A DNA stretch of 64,000 bases from assembly GCA_964001285.1 (NCBI GenBank), contig CAXFAF010000004.1, positions 9,763 through 73,762 on the forward strand. Reading direction: 5' to 3'. This document shows, piece after piece, positions 1-9,605 of this stretch. Each line of letters starts with the position of its first letter. Within the stretch, counting starts at the first letter, position 1. The position numbers and the translations under genes were made by a program. Source of the stretch: an uncultured bacterium. Lineage in GTDB: Bacteria > Pseudomonadota > Alphaproteobacteria > MED-G09. Below the pieces are notes generated by a model that worked only from the letters and a program-made list of their open reading frames with translations, made no database searches and had not been told where the DNA came from.

Positions 1-988
1 AATCAGTTCAGATGATTTAAGCAAAAACCTAGTGGGTGCTATTTCTGTATTTTTACCTGAACCTAAATTTCAAGGACAAACTAAAGATAAACTCTCAAAT
101 AAATCAATACAAAAAATTATAGACAACACAATAAGAGATAGATTTGAGAACCTTTTGTCAAACTCACCTCAACAATCAGAAATTTTAATAAAGTATCTTT
201 GTGAAATAACTGAAGCAAGATTGAAAAGAAAGCAGGAAAAAGAAACATCAAGAAAAAGTGCAGTAAGAAAATTAAGATTACCTGGAAAATTAGCTGATTG
301 CTCAGAAGGTAAAAGTGAAGGTACCGAATTATTTATTGTTGAAGGAGACAGTGCTGGAGGTTCGGCAAAACAGGCTAGAGATAGACAATTTCAAGCCATT
401 TTACCATTAAGAGGAAAAGTATTAAATGTTGCTAATTCTACGAAAACAAAAATACAAGATAATCAACAAATATCTGATCTTATTCAAGCATTGGGTTGTG
501 GATCCGGTGATTTATTTAATGATGATAACCTTAGGTATGAAAAAATTATTATAATGACTGATGCTGATGTTGATGGCGCTCACATAGCTTCATTATTAAT
601 CACTTTTTTTCACGAAGAAATGCCAGAAATAATCGATAATGGCAGATTATTTTTAGCAGTACCTCCTTTGTATAAAATCTCGCAAGGAAAAAAAGTCTTT
701 TATGCAAAAGATGATGATGACAGAGATAAAATAATAAAGAATGAATTAAACGAAGAAAAGAAAATTGAGATTAACAGATTTAAAGGATTAGGCGAAATGA
801 TGCCTGCACAGTTAAAAGAAACGACTATGTTACCGGGTAACAGGACTTTACTTCGTATAATTAACCCTGAGAATAAGAAAAATGATTCAAAAACTATTGT
901 TAATAATTTAATGGGCAATAAACCCGAATTAAGGTTTGAATTCATTAGAGAAAAGGCTAATCTGTATGAAGAATTTAACAGCAAGTAA
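1..988 (+). CDS. parE: Type IIA topoisomerase B subunit, C-terminal TOPRIM/tail region. Partial gene: the 5' end lies outside the window. The frame is open from nt 2 and the M at 32 is internal.
   Basis: Motifs ISVFLPEPKFQGQTKDKL, EGDSAGGSAKQARDR and PLRGKVLNV. Only about 213 aa follow the EGDSAGG motif, with no large GyrB-type insertion, so ParE is more likely than GyrB. Confidence 0.7.
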   Translation, partial: ISSDDLSKNLVGAISVFLPEPKFQGQTKDKLSNKSIQKIIDNTIRDRFENLLSNSPQQSEILIKYLCEITEARLKRKQEKETSRKSAVRKLRLPGKLADCSEGKSEGTELFIVEGDSAGGSAKQARDRQFQAILPLRGKVLNVANSTKTKIQDNQQISDLIQALGCGSGDLFNDDNLRYEKIIIMTDADVDGAHIASLLITFFHEEMPEIIDNGRLFLAVPPLYKISQGKKVFYAKDDDDRDKIIKNELNEEKKIEINRFKGLGEMMPAQLKETTMLPGNRTLLRIINPENKKNDSKTIVNNLMGNKPELRFEFIREKANLYEEFNSK

Positions 989-1005
989 TAATTTTAGGAG
1001 TAATA

Positions 1006-1800
1006 ATGATAGAATTTAATAAAATCAGCTTAAAGGTCGAAAATAATATAGGGATTATGAAATTTAATGATCCTGATGTTAGAAATGCTGTATCACCAGA
1101 TATGCTTGAAGGTTTCTGGGAATGCCTAAATGAGATAGAAAAAGAAAATTCTGAGATAAAATGTCTTTTAATAACTGGTGAAGGCAAAGGTTTTTGTGCT
1201 GGTGCAAATTTATCTTCAGGATCAGAAAGATCTAATTCTGGAAGACAAGATGCAGGCCACGCTCTTGAAACTATGTATCATCCCATCTTAAGAAGACTAA
1301 GAAATATGAATATACCTATTGTAACTGCTGTTAATGGTGCTGCAGCAGGTATTGGAATGTCCTTTGCTTTGATGGGAGATATAATTGTTGCCTCTAAGTC
1401 AGCTTTCTTTCTTCAAGCATTTAGAAGAATAGGACTTGTTCCTGATGGTGGTTCAACATGGTTATTGCCAAGATTGGTTGGAAATGCGCGCGCTAAAGAA
1501 CTTTCTCTTTTAGGAGAAAGACTTCCCGCCGAAAAAGCCTACGAATGGGGATTAATAAATAGACTTACTAATGAAGAAGATTTAATCGATGAAGCTTTAA
1601 AAATAAGTAAAGAGCTAGCAAGTGGGCCAATGTCATTAAGTTTAATTCGAAAAGCATTTTGGGAAAGCTCTGATAACACATATGAAGAGCAGCTTAACCT
1701 CGAAAGAGAATTACAATTTCAAGCCGGTAATTCAGAAGATTTTAAAGAAGGCGTTAAAGCATTCTTAGATAAACGAGATGCTAAATTTAAAGGAAAATAA
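1006..1800 (+). CDS. Enoyl-CoA hydratase/isomerase (crotonase family)
   Basis: Oxyanion-hole motifs GKGFCAGANL and NGAAAGIGMSFAL. Length is typical at 264 aa. Confidence 0.85.
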   Translation: MIEFNKISLKVENNIGIMKFNDPDVRNAVSPDMLEGFWECLNEIEKENSEIKCLLITGEGKGFCAGANLSSGSERSNSGRQDAGHALETMYHPILRRLRNMNIPIVTAVNGAAAGIGMSFALMGDIIVASKSAFFLQAFRRIGLVPDGGSTWLLPRLVGNARAKELSLLGERLPAEKAYEWGLINRLTNEEDLIDEALKISKELASGPMSLSLIRKAFWESSDNTYEEQLNLERELQFQAGNSEDFKEGVKAFLDKRDAKFKGK

Positions 1801-1806
1801 TAGCTT

Positions 1807-2199
1807 TTAATTCGTATTTTTTAATAGCTCTACTGGAATTTCTGCTTTTTCTAAAGTTACTGATTCTCCACATCCACAAGCATCTGTTTGATTGGGGTTA
1901 TTAAAAACAAATCCTGAATTCAATTTTGTTTCTTCATAATCGAGCTCAGTACCTAGCAAAAATAAAACAGCTGAATTATCAATAATGATATTAATATCAT
2001 TTATTTCAATAATTTCATCAGAACCAGAAAGCTCTTCAATATAATCCATGGTATATGTCATACCTGCACAACCACCATTTTTTACCCCCAATTTAATAGC
2101 TTTTACATCTTCCTGGGCTTTATCGATAAGTATCTGCAATCTGTCTAATGCAGAAGGAGTTATACTAATTAAACTAGATTTTGAACTAAGATTTTTCAT
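1807..2199 (-). CDS. sufA: Fe-S cluster insertion protein, A-type carrier (SufA/ErpA/IscA family)
   Basis: C-terminal CGCGESV motif plus an internal Cys (GGCAGM). Last gene of the suf operon. Confidence 0.8.
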   Translation of the reverse strand: MKNLSSKSSLISITPSALDRLQILIDKAQEDVKAIKLGVKNGGCAGMTYTMDYIEELSGSDEIIEINDINIIIDNSAVLFLLGTELDYEETKLNSGFVFNNPNQTDACGCGESVTLEKAEIPVELLKNTN

Positions 2200-2209
2200 G
2201 TATTATCCA

Positions 2210-2509
2210 TTAAAACATATTTAGAGTCACTCTTGCCTCATCTGACATTAAACTCATATCCCAAGGCGGATCAAAGACCATTTCAACATTAACATCTTTA
2301 ACGCCCTCAACCTCTCTAACTGCATCCTCCACCCATTTAGGCATTTCTTCGGCTACAGGACAACCGGGTGCTGTTAAAGTCATTTTAACTTTAACATTGT
2401 CTTTTTCTTCCTCTATACCATAAATAAGGCCTAATTCATAAATATCAACCGGTATTTCCGGATCATAAACCGTTTTTAATGCTCTAATTATGTCTTCATT
2501 TCTTATCAT
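2210..2509 (-). CDS. sufT: SUF system Fe-S assembly protein SufT (DUF59/MIP18 family)
   Basis: 99 aa with the motif LTAPGCPVAEEMP. Lies between sufS and sufA. Confidence 0.75.
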   Translation of the reverse strand: MIRNEDIIRALKTVYDPEIPVDIYELGLIYGIEEEKDNVKVKMTLTAPGCPVAEEMPKWVEDAVREVEGVKDVNVEMVFDPPWDMSLMSDEARVTLNMF

Positions 2510-2531
2510 TTTAATTTCATCATTTTAAAAA

Positions 2532-3752
2532 TTATTTAAATAAAGATAAAGATTTTTCAAGTGCAATTATAAAATTATCAATATCTTTGTAATCTGTGTA
2601 CATTGCTATAGAAGCTCTTGCGCTTCCATCTATTTCTAAAAGTTCCATTAAAGGCCCACAACAATGTTGTCCTGCTCTGATTGCAACACCATAATTATCA
2701 ATAATTGTTGATATGTCATGAGGATGAGAGCCTTTAATATTAAATGCAACCAATGGACTGTTAATGTTCTCTTCTCCATATACAATTATATCTTGAATTT
2801 CTTTTATTTGAGAATGAAGATATTGAGATATTCTACTCTCGTGCTCAAAAAGACCTTCAGAAATTTTTCTTTCAAAATAATTAATTGCTACCCCTAGGCC
2901 AATAGCCCCAGTAATATTTGGCGTTCCGGCTTCAAATTTTGCTGAGTGATCCGCATAAGAAACACTATCCTTACGGACATGTTTAATCATATCTCCCCCT
3001 CCACGCCAAGGTTGCATTTTTTCTAGATATTTCTTTTTAGCATATAAAACACCTGTACCAGTGGGTCCATAAGTCTTATGCCCAGAAAACACATAAAAAT
3101 CACAGTCCAAATCCCTTACATCGGTTTTATGATGCACAACACCTTGACATCCATCAACTAGGACAGGGATACCAAAAGAGTGAGCTAAATTTGTTATTGC
3201 CTTAATATCAGGTGTTGAACCTAAAACATTGGACATCTGAGTGACAGCAATTAATTTTGTTTTGGAATTTATAGCAGATTCAAAATCTTCCAAAAGAATG
3301 TTGCCATTTTTGTCGCAATCTATCCATTTAATCTTAACCCCTTTTCTTTCTCTGAAGAAATGCCAAGGAACTATATTTGCATGGTGTTCCATAGTTGTAA
3401 TTATAATCTCATCGTTTTCTTTCAAATGTTGACCGGCATAAGAATAAGCCACTAAATTAATGCTATCGGTACCCCCCATAGTAAAAATTATCTCCTCAGG
3501 AAACTCAGCATTCAAAAAATCTTTAATAATTACCCTAGATCCTTCATAAGCTGTCGTTGATAAAACAGAAAGAGTGTGAAGTCCTCTATGAACATTTGAA
3601 TAGTTATTACTTTCAAACTCTTTTATTGCATTTAAAACCTCTAATGGTTTTTGTGAACTAGCAGCGTTATCAAGATAAGTTAAAGGATTATCCTGTATTT
3701 TCCTTTCTAGAATTGGAAAATCTTTTATTGTATTTTTGATATCAAAACTCAT
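2532..3752 (-). CDS. sufS: Cysteine desulfurase SufS (class V aminotransferase)
   Basis: PLP-lysine region SGHKTYGPTG and catalytic Cys region RAGQHCCGPL. 406 aa. A 4-nt start/stop overlap with sufD. Confidence 0.9.
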   Translation of the reverse strand: MSFDIKNTIKDFPILERKIQDNPLTYLDNAASSQKPLEVLNAIKEFESNNYSNVHRGLHTLSVLSTTAYEGSRVIIKDFLNAEFPEEIIFTMGGTDSINLVAYSYAGQHLKENDEIIITTMEHHANIVPWHFFRERKGVKIKWIDCDKNGNILLEDFESAINSKTKLIAVTQMSNVLGSTPDIKAITNLAHSFGIPVLVDGCQGVVHHKTDVRDLDCDFYVFSGHKTYGPTGTGVLYAKKKYLEKMQPWRGGGDMIKHVRKDSVSYADHSAKFEAGTPNITGAIGLGVAINYFERKISEGLFEHESRISQYLHSQIKEIQDIIVYGEENINSPLVAFNIKGSHPHDISTIIDNYGVAIRAGQHCCGPLMELLEIDGSARASIAMYTDYKDIDNFIIALEKSLSLFK

Positions 3753-4882
3753 CTAAAATCGCTTGGTAAATATTTTCTTAAAATTGAATCTTTATCAATA
3801 TATGAATTAATGTGGCCCTCAAGTAAGAGGCTGATTGCTTTTTTTTCACTTACACCTCGAGAACAAAGATAAAAAATTTCTTGTTTATCAAGGCTACCTA
3901 CAGTCGCCCCATGTTTACAAACCACATTATCATTATATATCTTCATTTTTGGTAAGGCATTCATCACAGAATTTTCTGAAAGGAGAAAAGCCTTACAATC
4001 TTGTTCAGCTTTAGAACCAATAACTGAATCCTCAACATCTATAAGTGATTGAAAAGAGCATGTTGATTTATTATCAACTATAGCCCTTATTCCTGAATTG
4101 CTTTCACAGTTAGATTTTTTTAAAACATTATCTACCAAAATATCATCATAAGAATTATATTGCGGAATAGATATTGTGTTGGATGAACAGAAAGAATTCT
4201 TACCAATATGATTTGAAAATGCCTGAAATCTAGATAACCCTTTTGGTATAGATAAATTAACCAAATTAAAATTTGAGTTTTCTTTGAGATAAATAATATT
4301 ACTCTCTACTAATAATGATTCAGATTGGTTTAATCGAGATAATTCTAAATTAGAACCTTTACCAAGAGAATATTCTATTAATAAATTCGTAAATCCTTTT
4401 GAAGATAAATTCTTTAAAAATATCTTAGCCTTTACTCCATCCGCTAAATTAATTTGGATTCTTGGTAAATAAATATGTTCTTTTTCGCACTTAATAATAA
4501 CTGAAATAGGTTTCTTTTGAGTGGATCTAATATCTAAAACTTTCAATTGGCTGGCACACGCTAGATTCAAATCAATTACAGATTCATTTTTAATAAATTT
4601 ATTTAGTTTGAAAAAAATTTCTGGTGAAGTATTTTCAGATTCTAGATCATAAAATTTATTTTTATTGTTTTCTAAATCTTTAATTAAAATACTAGCATCC
4701 TTTACTTCTTTTTCTAAAAAATTTCTTGAATTTGATTTTAAATCAAAATACTTCCAATTTTCTATTCTTTTATTAGGTAATCCAAATTTCAGAAAATTAT
4801 TATAAATATCTAATCTTTGTGAATTCAAAAAATCATTTTTTTTCATATTTTTTTCTAAATTATTATAATTAAGATTTTTCAT
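3749..4882 (-). CDS. sufD: Fe-S cluster assembly protein SufD
   Basis: Position between sufC and sufS with 4-nt overlaps on both sides. 377 aa. The sequence is divergent, so the call rests mainly on operon context. Confidence 0.65.
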   Translation of the reverse strand: MKNLNYNNLEKNMKKNDFLNSQRLDIYNNFLKFGLPNKRIENWKYFDLKSNSRNFLEKEVKDASILIKDLENNKNKFYDLESENTSPEIFFKLNKFIKNESVIDLNLACASQLKVLDIRSTQKKPISVIIKCEKEHIYLPRIQINLADGVKAKIFLKNLSSKGFTNLLIEYSLGKGSNLELSRLNQSESLLVESNIIYLKENSNFNLVNLSIPKGLSRFQAFSNHIGKNSFCSSNTISIPQYNSYDDILVDNVLKKSNCESNSGIRAIVDNKSTCSFQSLIDVEDSVIGSKAEQDCKAFLLSENSVMNALPKMKIYNDNVVCKHGATVGSLDKQEIFYLCSRGVSEKKAISLLLEGHINSYIDKDSILRKYLPSDFR

Positions 4883-5631
4883 TTGATTAAACTCTCAAAA
4901 CCATCTTTTTCTATCTCTTCTGCAAGTTCATATCCTCCAGATTTAATTATTTTCCCATTAGCCAAAATATGAGTCTTATTTACCTGCATCTTATCAAGTA
5001 ATTTCTTGTAATGAGTAATGATTAATAGGGAATTATCTTTATTTAACATTCCTTTTATTCCTTCAGAAACCACATCAAGAGCATCAACATCGAGACCTGA
5101 GTCAGTTTCATCAAGAATTGTTAAAACCGGCTCTAAAACCAATAATTGCAATGCCTCATTTCGTTTCTTCTCTCCCCCAGAAAAACCAACATTTAACTGT
5201 CTTTTTAAGACATCATCATCGATTCCAAGAATTTTGGATTTTTCTCTAATAAAATTTAAGAATTCTTTAGGGCTAAGTGGCTCAAGACCATTTGCTTTTC
5301 TTTTTGTTTCATGGATTGTTTTTAAGAAATTCATAATAGTTACACCTGGAATTTCTATTGGGTATTGAAAAGCCATAAACAATCCTAAATTTGATATCTC
5401 ATTAGGAAGAAGTTTAGTAATATCTTTGCCTCTAAATTTTATTTTTCCTGACTTAATTTTGTAATCTTCTTTTCCAGAAAGAACATTAGATAAAACAGAT
5501 TTTCCTGAACCATTGGGACCCATTATTGCATGAATCTCTCCAACAGGTATAGTTAAGGAAAGACCTTCTAAAATTTTTTTACCTTCAGCCTCAACATGTA
5601 AATTATTGATTTCTAATAAATTCTTTCTCAT
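4879..5631 (-). CDS. sufC: Fe-S cluster assembly ATPase SufC
   Basis: Walker A GPNGSGKS and ABC signature FSGGEKKR. 250 aa. Confidence 0.9.
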   Translation of the reverse strand: MRKNLLEINNLHVEAEGKKILEGLSLTIPVGEIHAIMGPNGSGKSVLSNVLSGKEDYKIKSGKIKFRGKDITKLLPNEISNLGLFMAFQYPIEIPGVTIMNFLKTIHETKRKANGLEPLSPKEFLNFIREKSKILGIDDDVLKRQLNVGFSGGEKKRNEALQLLVLEPVLTILDETDSGLDVDALDVVSEGIKGMLNKDNSLLIITHYKKLLDKMQVNKTHILANGKIIKSGGYELAEEIEKDGFESLIK

Positions 5632-7076
5632 CCAACACTTCCTTCAAGACTTATTTCAAGTAATTTTTGTGCTTCTACAGCAAATTCCATTGGTAACTTC
5701 TGAAGAACTTCTTTACAAAACCCATTTACTATTAAGGCCACTGCCTCTTCTTCGTTCAGCCCCCTTTGTAAACAATAAAAAAGTTGATCTTCTGAGATCT
5801 TAGATGAAGTAGCTTCATGCTCAACAATTGAATTTAGATTTTTTGATTCAATATATGGGATTGTTGTTGCAGAACAATTTTCAGACAATAAGAGAGAATC
5901 ACATTGTGTAAAATTCCTAGAATTTTTAGATTTAGGATGAATATTCACCTGCCCCCTATAGGTATTTGATGAAGATCCCGTTGATACACCCTTAGAAATG
6001 ATCCTACTTTTAGTATTATTACCCAGATGTAACATTTTTGTTCCACTGTCAACTTGCTGATAATTGTTTGAAACTGCAATCGAATAGAATTCACCTGAAG
6101 AATTATTTCCTTTCAAGATACAACTTGGATACTTCCAAGTTATTGCGGAACCTGTTTCAACCTGAGTCCAGGAAATTTTTGAGTTATCACCTCTGCAATC
6201 TCCTCTTTTGGTAACAAAATTATAAACCCCGCCTTTTCCATTTTCATCTCCGGGATACCAATTTTGTACAGTAGAATATTTTATTTCAGCTCCCTTTAGA
6301 GCAACTAACTCTACTACAGCTGCATGAAGTTGATGCTCATCTCTCATAGGAGCAGTGCATCCTTCTAAGTAACTAACATAGGATTCTTCATCAGCAATTA
6401 ATAATGTTCTTTCAAATTGACCTGTTCCAGCGGCGTTAATTCTAAAATAAGTAGATAACTCCATAGGGCATTTAACGCCTGGAGGAACATAAACAAAACT
6501 TCCATCAGAAAAAACAGCTGAATTTAATGTAGCAAAAAAATTATCGGAATACGGAACTACACTTCCGAGATATTTTTTTATTAATTTAGGATGTTCTTTA
6601 ACTGCTTCAGAAAAAGAAGAAAAAATTACTCCATCTTCTTTTAATTTCTCTTTGAAAGTTGTTCCTAAAGAAACGCTATCAAATACTGCGTCAACAGCAA
6701 CACCAGCAAGCCATTCTTGTTCTTTAAGAGGAATCCCTAGTTTATTGTATGTTTCAATAAGTTTTGGATCGACATCATTTAAACTTTTAGGCTTTTCTTT
6801 TTCTTTTGGAGCAGAAAAATAATAGGAATCTTGATAATCTATAGCGGGGTATCTAACACTTGACCAAGAAGGCTCATCCATTTTTAACCATCTTTTATAG
6901 GCCTCCATGCGCCAATCTAAGAGCCATTTTGGTTCATCTTTCTTCTCAGAAATAAACCTAATTACAGATTCATTTAAACCCTTTGGAGAGAATTCCGATT
7001 CTATTTCAGTTTCGAAACCAAATTCATAAGGATCATTAAATTCCTTATCTTTTGCTTTATTTATTTCTTTGTTCAA
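5628..7076 (-). CDS. sufB: Fe-S cluster assembly scaffold SufB
   Basis: 482 aa with conserved SufB regions, for example [19 protein letters not shown] and [30 protein letters not shown]. Confidence 0.9.
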   Translation of the reverse strand: MNKEINKAKDKEFNDPYEFGFETEIESEFSPKGLNESVIRFISEKKDEPKWLLDWRMEAYKRWLKMDEPSWSSVRYPAIDYQDSYYFSAPKEKEKPKSLNDVDPKLIETYNKLGIPLKEQEWLAGVAVDAVFDSVSLGTTFKEKLKEDGVIFSSFSEAVKEHPKLIKKYLGSVVPYSDNFFATLNSAVFSDGSFVYVPPGVKCPMELSTYFRINAAGTGQFERTLLIADEESYVSYLEGCTAPMRDEHQLHAAVVELVALKGAEIKYSTVQNWYPGDENGKGGVYNFVTKRGDCRGDNSKISWTQVETGSAITWKYPSCILKGNNSSGEFYSIAVSNNYQQVDSGTKMLHLGNNTKSRIISKGVSTGSSSNTYRGQVNIHPKSKNSRNFTQCDSLLLSENCSATTIPYIESKNLNSIVEHEATSSKISEDQLFYCLQRGLNEEEAVALIVNGFCKEVLQKLPMEFAVEAQKLLEISLEGSVG

Positions 7077-7103
7077 ATTGACCTCAAGTTATTATTTAAA
7101 AAA

Positions 7104-7550
7104 TTAATCTATGAAGGGTGATGGAGCCCTTGATCTACCTAATACTTTTCTATCAATGATGTCTTTTAAAGAAATATGATCTAAGAAAAGTTCAATTTGC
7201 TTTCCAAGTTCGTCCCATAAATCATGATTTAAGCATTTTCCAGAAAGCCCTGTACATGATCTATCCTTATTAATACATCCTTTTGCCTCAATTTTCCCTT
7301 CAATAGCCTCAATTACATCTCCCATTCTTATATTTTCAGGGTCTAAAGCTAACTTATACCCTCCACTAGGACCTCTCAAAGATTCTACAAAACCTTTATT
7401 TTTCAAGTTTGATAATATCTGTTCAAGATAAGTTGAAGAAATGTTTTGGGATTCAGAAATTTCTGAAATTTTTATCAATTTATTCCTGTTAGATAGAGCA
7501 ATTTCTGTTAACGCCAGAACTGCATACCTTCCTTTAGTAGTAAGTTTCAT
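7104..7550 (-). CDS. iscR: Rrf2-family transcriptional regulator, IscR-like [Fe-S]-sensing repressor of the suf operon
   Basis: N-terminal helix-turn-helix MKLTTKGRYAVLALTEIA. Cys-x6-Cys-x6-Cys-x2-His cluster (CINKDRSCTGLSGKCLNH). First gene of the operon. Confidence 0.8.
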   Translation of the reverse strand: MKLTTKGRYAVLALTEIALSNRNKLIKISEISESQNISSTYLEQILSNLKNKGFVESLRGPSGGYKLALDPENIRMGDVIEAIEGKIEAKGCINKDRSCTGLSGKCLNHDLWDELGKQIELFLDHISLKDIIDRKVLGRSRAPSPFID

Positions 7551-7708
7551 TTGATCCTCTTGATATAAATTATTACAAAAATGCCAAGTATGTGTTAGAA
7601 AGCATTAATGATTTAAGATAGGATTTATAATTCCTGATTAAATTTGTCAAGAAATAGTTACTTCATTGATCTAATTAATGATTTTATAATTAAAAAGGTA
7701 AGAAATTT
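7551..7708. promoter_or_regulatory. Divergent promoter region between the iscR-suf operon and the hydrolase gene. An IscR operator is expected here.
   Basis: 158-nt AT-rich spacer between divergent start codons. I could not confidently align an IscR box by eye. Confidence 0.3.
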
Positions 7709-8359
7709 ATGCCAGAAATTATATATAGCGGTCCCGAGGGAAGATTAGAAGGAAGAATGAATATTGTTGAGGATAAGAGATCACCTGTTGCCATAATCTT
7801 ACATCCTCTTCCTCAATTTGGAGGAAATATGAATAACCCAATTATTTTTAACCTTTACCATACTTTTATAAAAAAGGGTTTTTCTGTATTGAGGTTTAAT
7901 TTTAGAGGCGTCGGTAAAAGCCAAGGTAAATTTGATCAAGGTGTTGGTGAATTATCAGATGCTGCAGCTTCACTTGATTGGATACAATCACATGTATCTG
8001 ACTCAAAAGGATGTTGGGTTGCAGGATACTCATTTGGAGCTTGGATAGCTATGCAATTACTTATGAGAAGACCAGAAATTGAGGGGTTTATTTCTATTTC
8101 TCCACCAGCAAATATGTATGACTTTAATTTTCTTGCCCCGTGTCCATCTTCAGGAATTATTATTCATGGAGAAGATGATAAAGTTGTGCCAAAAGATGAC
8201 ATTCTAAGGCTTGTTGAAAAATTACAAACACAAAGAAACATTAATATTGATTATAAGAATATAATAGGCGCTAATCATTTTTTTGAAAACAAAACAGAAA
8301 GACTCATTAATGAAGTTAATAAATATTTAGATTCTAGATTAATAGGACCAGATTATTAA
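7709..8359 (+). CDS. Alpha/beta-fold hydrolase
   Basis: Nucleophile elbow GYSFGAW and a C-terminal GANHFF (His) region. 216 aa. Confidence 0.7.
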   Translation: MPEIIYSGPEGRLEGRMNIVEDKRSPVAIILHPLPQFGGNMNNPIIFNLYHTFIKKGFSVLRFNFRGVGKSQGKFDQGVGELSDAAASLDWIQSHVSDSKGCWVAGYSFGAWIAMQLLMRRPEIEGFISISPPANMYDFNFLAPCPSSGIIIHGEDDKVVPKDDILRLVEKLQTQRNINIDYKNIIGANHFFENKTERLINEVNKYLDSRLIGPDY

Positions 8360-8384
8360 TTTACAATCTTTATAAGGCATAAAA

Positions 8385-9605
8385 ATGTACCAATTTAAAT
8401 CTGAATTTCTAAAGCATATAAATGACAGGGGTTATATTTATCAAGTTAGTGATCCAAAAAACCTAGATAAAGTTTTTTTAAAAGAAAAAGTTACGGCATA
8501 CATTGGCTTTGACTGTACAGCGCCAAATCTACATATAGGATCTTTAATGCAGATCATGCTACTAAAGAAAATGCAAGATTTTGGTCATGCTCCAATAGTT
8601 TTAATTGGTGGAGCGACAAGCAAAATTGGTGACCCCTCTTTAAAAGACAAATCAAGGAAAATGTTAACCTTTCAAGAAATCGAACATAATGTTGAAGGAA
8701 TAAAAAAGGTATTTAAAAAATTTATCAACTTAAAGAAAGTAAAAATTATTGATAATAGCGAATGGTTGGAAAAACTTAATTACATTGATTTTTTAAGAGA
8801 GATTGGAGGGCATTTTTCTGTCAATAGAATGCTTTCCTTTGATTCAGTTAAGACAAGACTCGAAAGAGAACAAAACTTATCCTTCTTGGAATTTAATTAT
8901 ATGATCTTACAGGGTTATGATTTTTATAAATTAAACGAAAATCATAATTGTATTTTACAAATGGGAGGGTCTGATCAATGGGGAAATATCATATGTGGTA
9001 TCGACCTCATTAGAAGACTATCTGGGAAAGAGACATATGGGCTTACAACTTCTTTATTAACTACTTCATCTGGTCAAAAAATGGGAAAAACTGAAGATGG
9101 AGCTATTTGGTTAAACTTTGTTTCTGATTTAGATTCTTATTCTACTCATCCAAGGGATTTCTGGAACTATTGGAGGGACAAGACAGAAAATGAAGATGTA
9201 GGAAAATTTTTAAGACTTTTTACTGATTTGAGTTTAGAAGAAATTTCAGAAATAGAAGAATTAAAGAATGAAGAAATTGAAAAAGGAAAAGAATTGTTGG
9301 CCACAAAAGTTACTGAGCTAGTGCACGGTAAAAATGCAGACTGGACAAGCAAAAAAAGTATATCCTTTAAGAAAAGAGAATTTGAAAAGGGTTATGGCTT
9401 ATTGAATCTTCTTTCAAATAAAAAGGTAAATCTTGCTAAATCAAATAGCGAAGCTCGTAGGTTCGTTAAATCTAAGGCAATAAAGCTAAATAATAATCTA
9501 ATAACAGATGAAAAATACCTAGTTGAAATTGATAATTTTACTAACGATGACGAATTGCAAATATCATTAGGGAAAAAAATAACCATAATTATTAAGTTAG
9601 ATTAA
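8385..9605 (+). CDS. tyrS: Tyrosyl-tRNA synthetase
   Basis: HIGH motif PNLHIGS and KMSKS motif KMGKT. C-terminal S4-like domain. Confidence 0.9.
   Translation: MYQFKSEFLKHINDRGYIYQVSDPKNLDKVFLKEKVTAYIGFDCTAPNLHIGSLMQIMLLKKMQDFGHAPIVLIGGATSKIGDPSLKDKSRKMLTFQEIEHNVEGIKKVFKKFINLKKVKIIDNSEWLEKLNYIDFLREIGGHFSVNRMLSFDSVKTRLEREQNLSFLEFNYMILQGYDFYKLNENHNCILQMGGSDQWGNIICGIDLIRRLSGKETYGLTTSLLTTSSGQKMGKTEDGAIWLNFVSDLDSYSTHPRDFWNYWRDKTENEDVGKFLRLFTDLSLEEISEIEELKNEEIEKGKELLATKVTELVHGKNADWTSKKSISFKKREFEKGYGLLNLLSNKKVNLAKSNSEARRFVKSKAIKLNNNLITDEKYLVEIDNFTNDDELQISLGKKITIIIKLD

Noticed and set aside
700-1187. Antisense ORFs 700..984(-) and 975..1187(-)
   Set aside because: They are embedded antisense in parE and the enoyl-CoA hydratase gene and are Ser/Phe/Ile/Leu-rich AT-codon artefacts. 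There is no Shine-Dalgarno or other supporting context.
3241-5803. Plus-strand ORFs inside the suf operon (3241..3432, 5018..5368, 5606..5803)
   Set aside because: They lie antisense to the well-supported sufS, sufC and sufB genes and have low-complexity composition.
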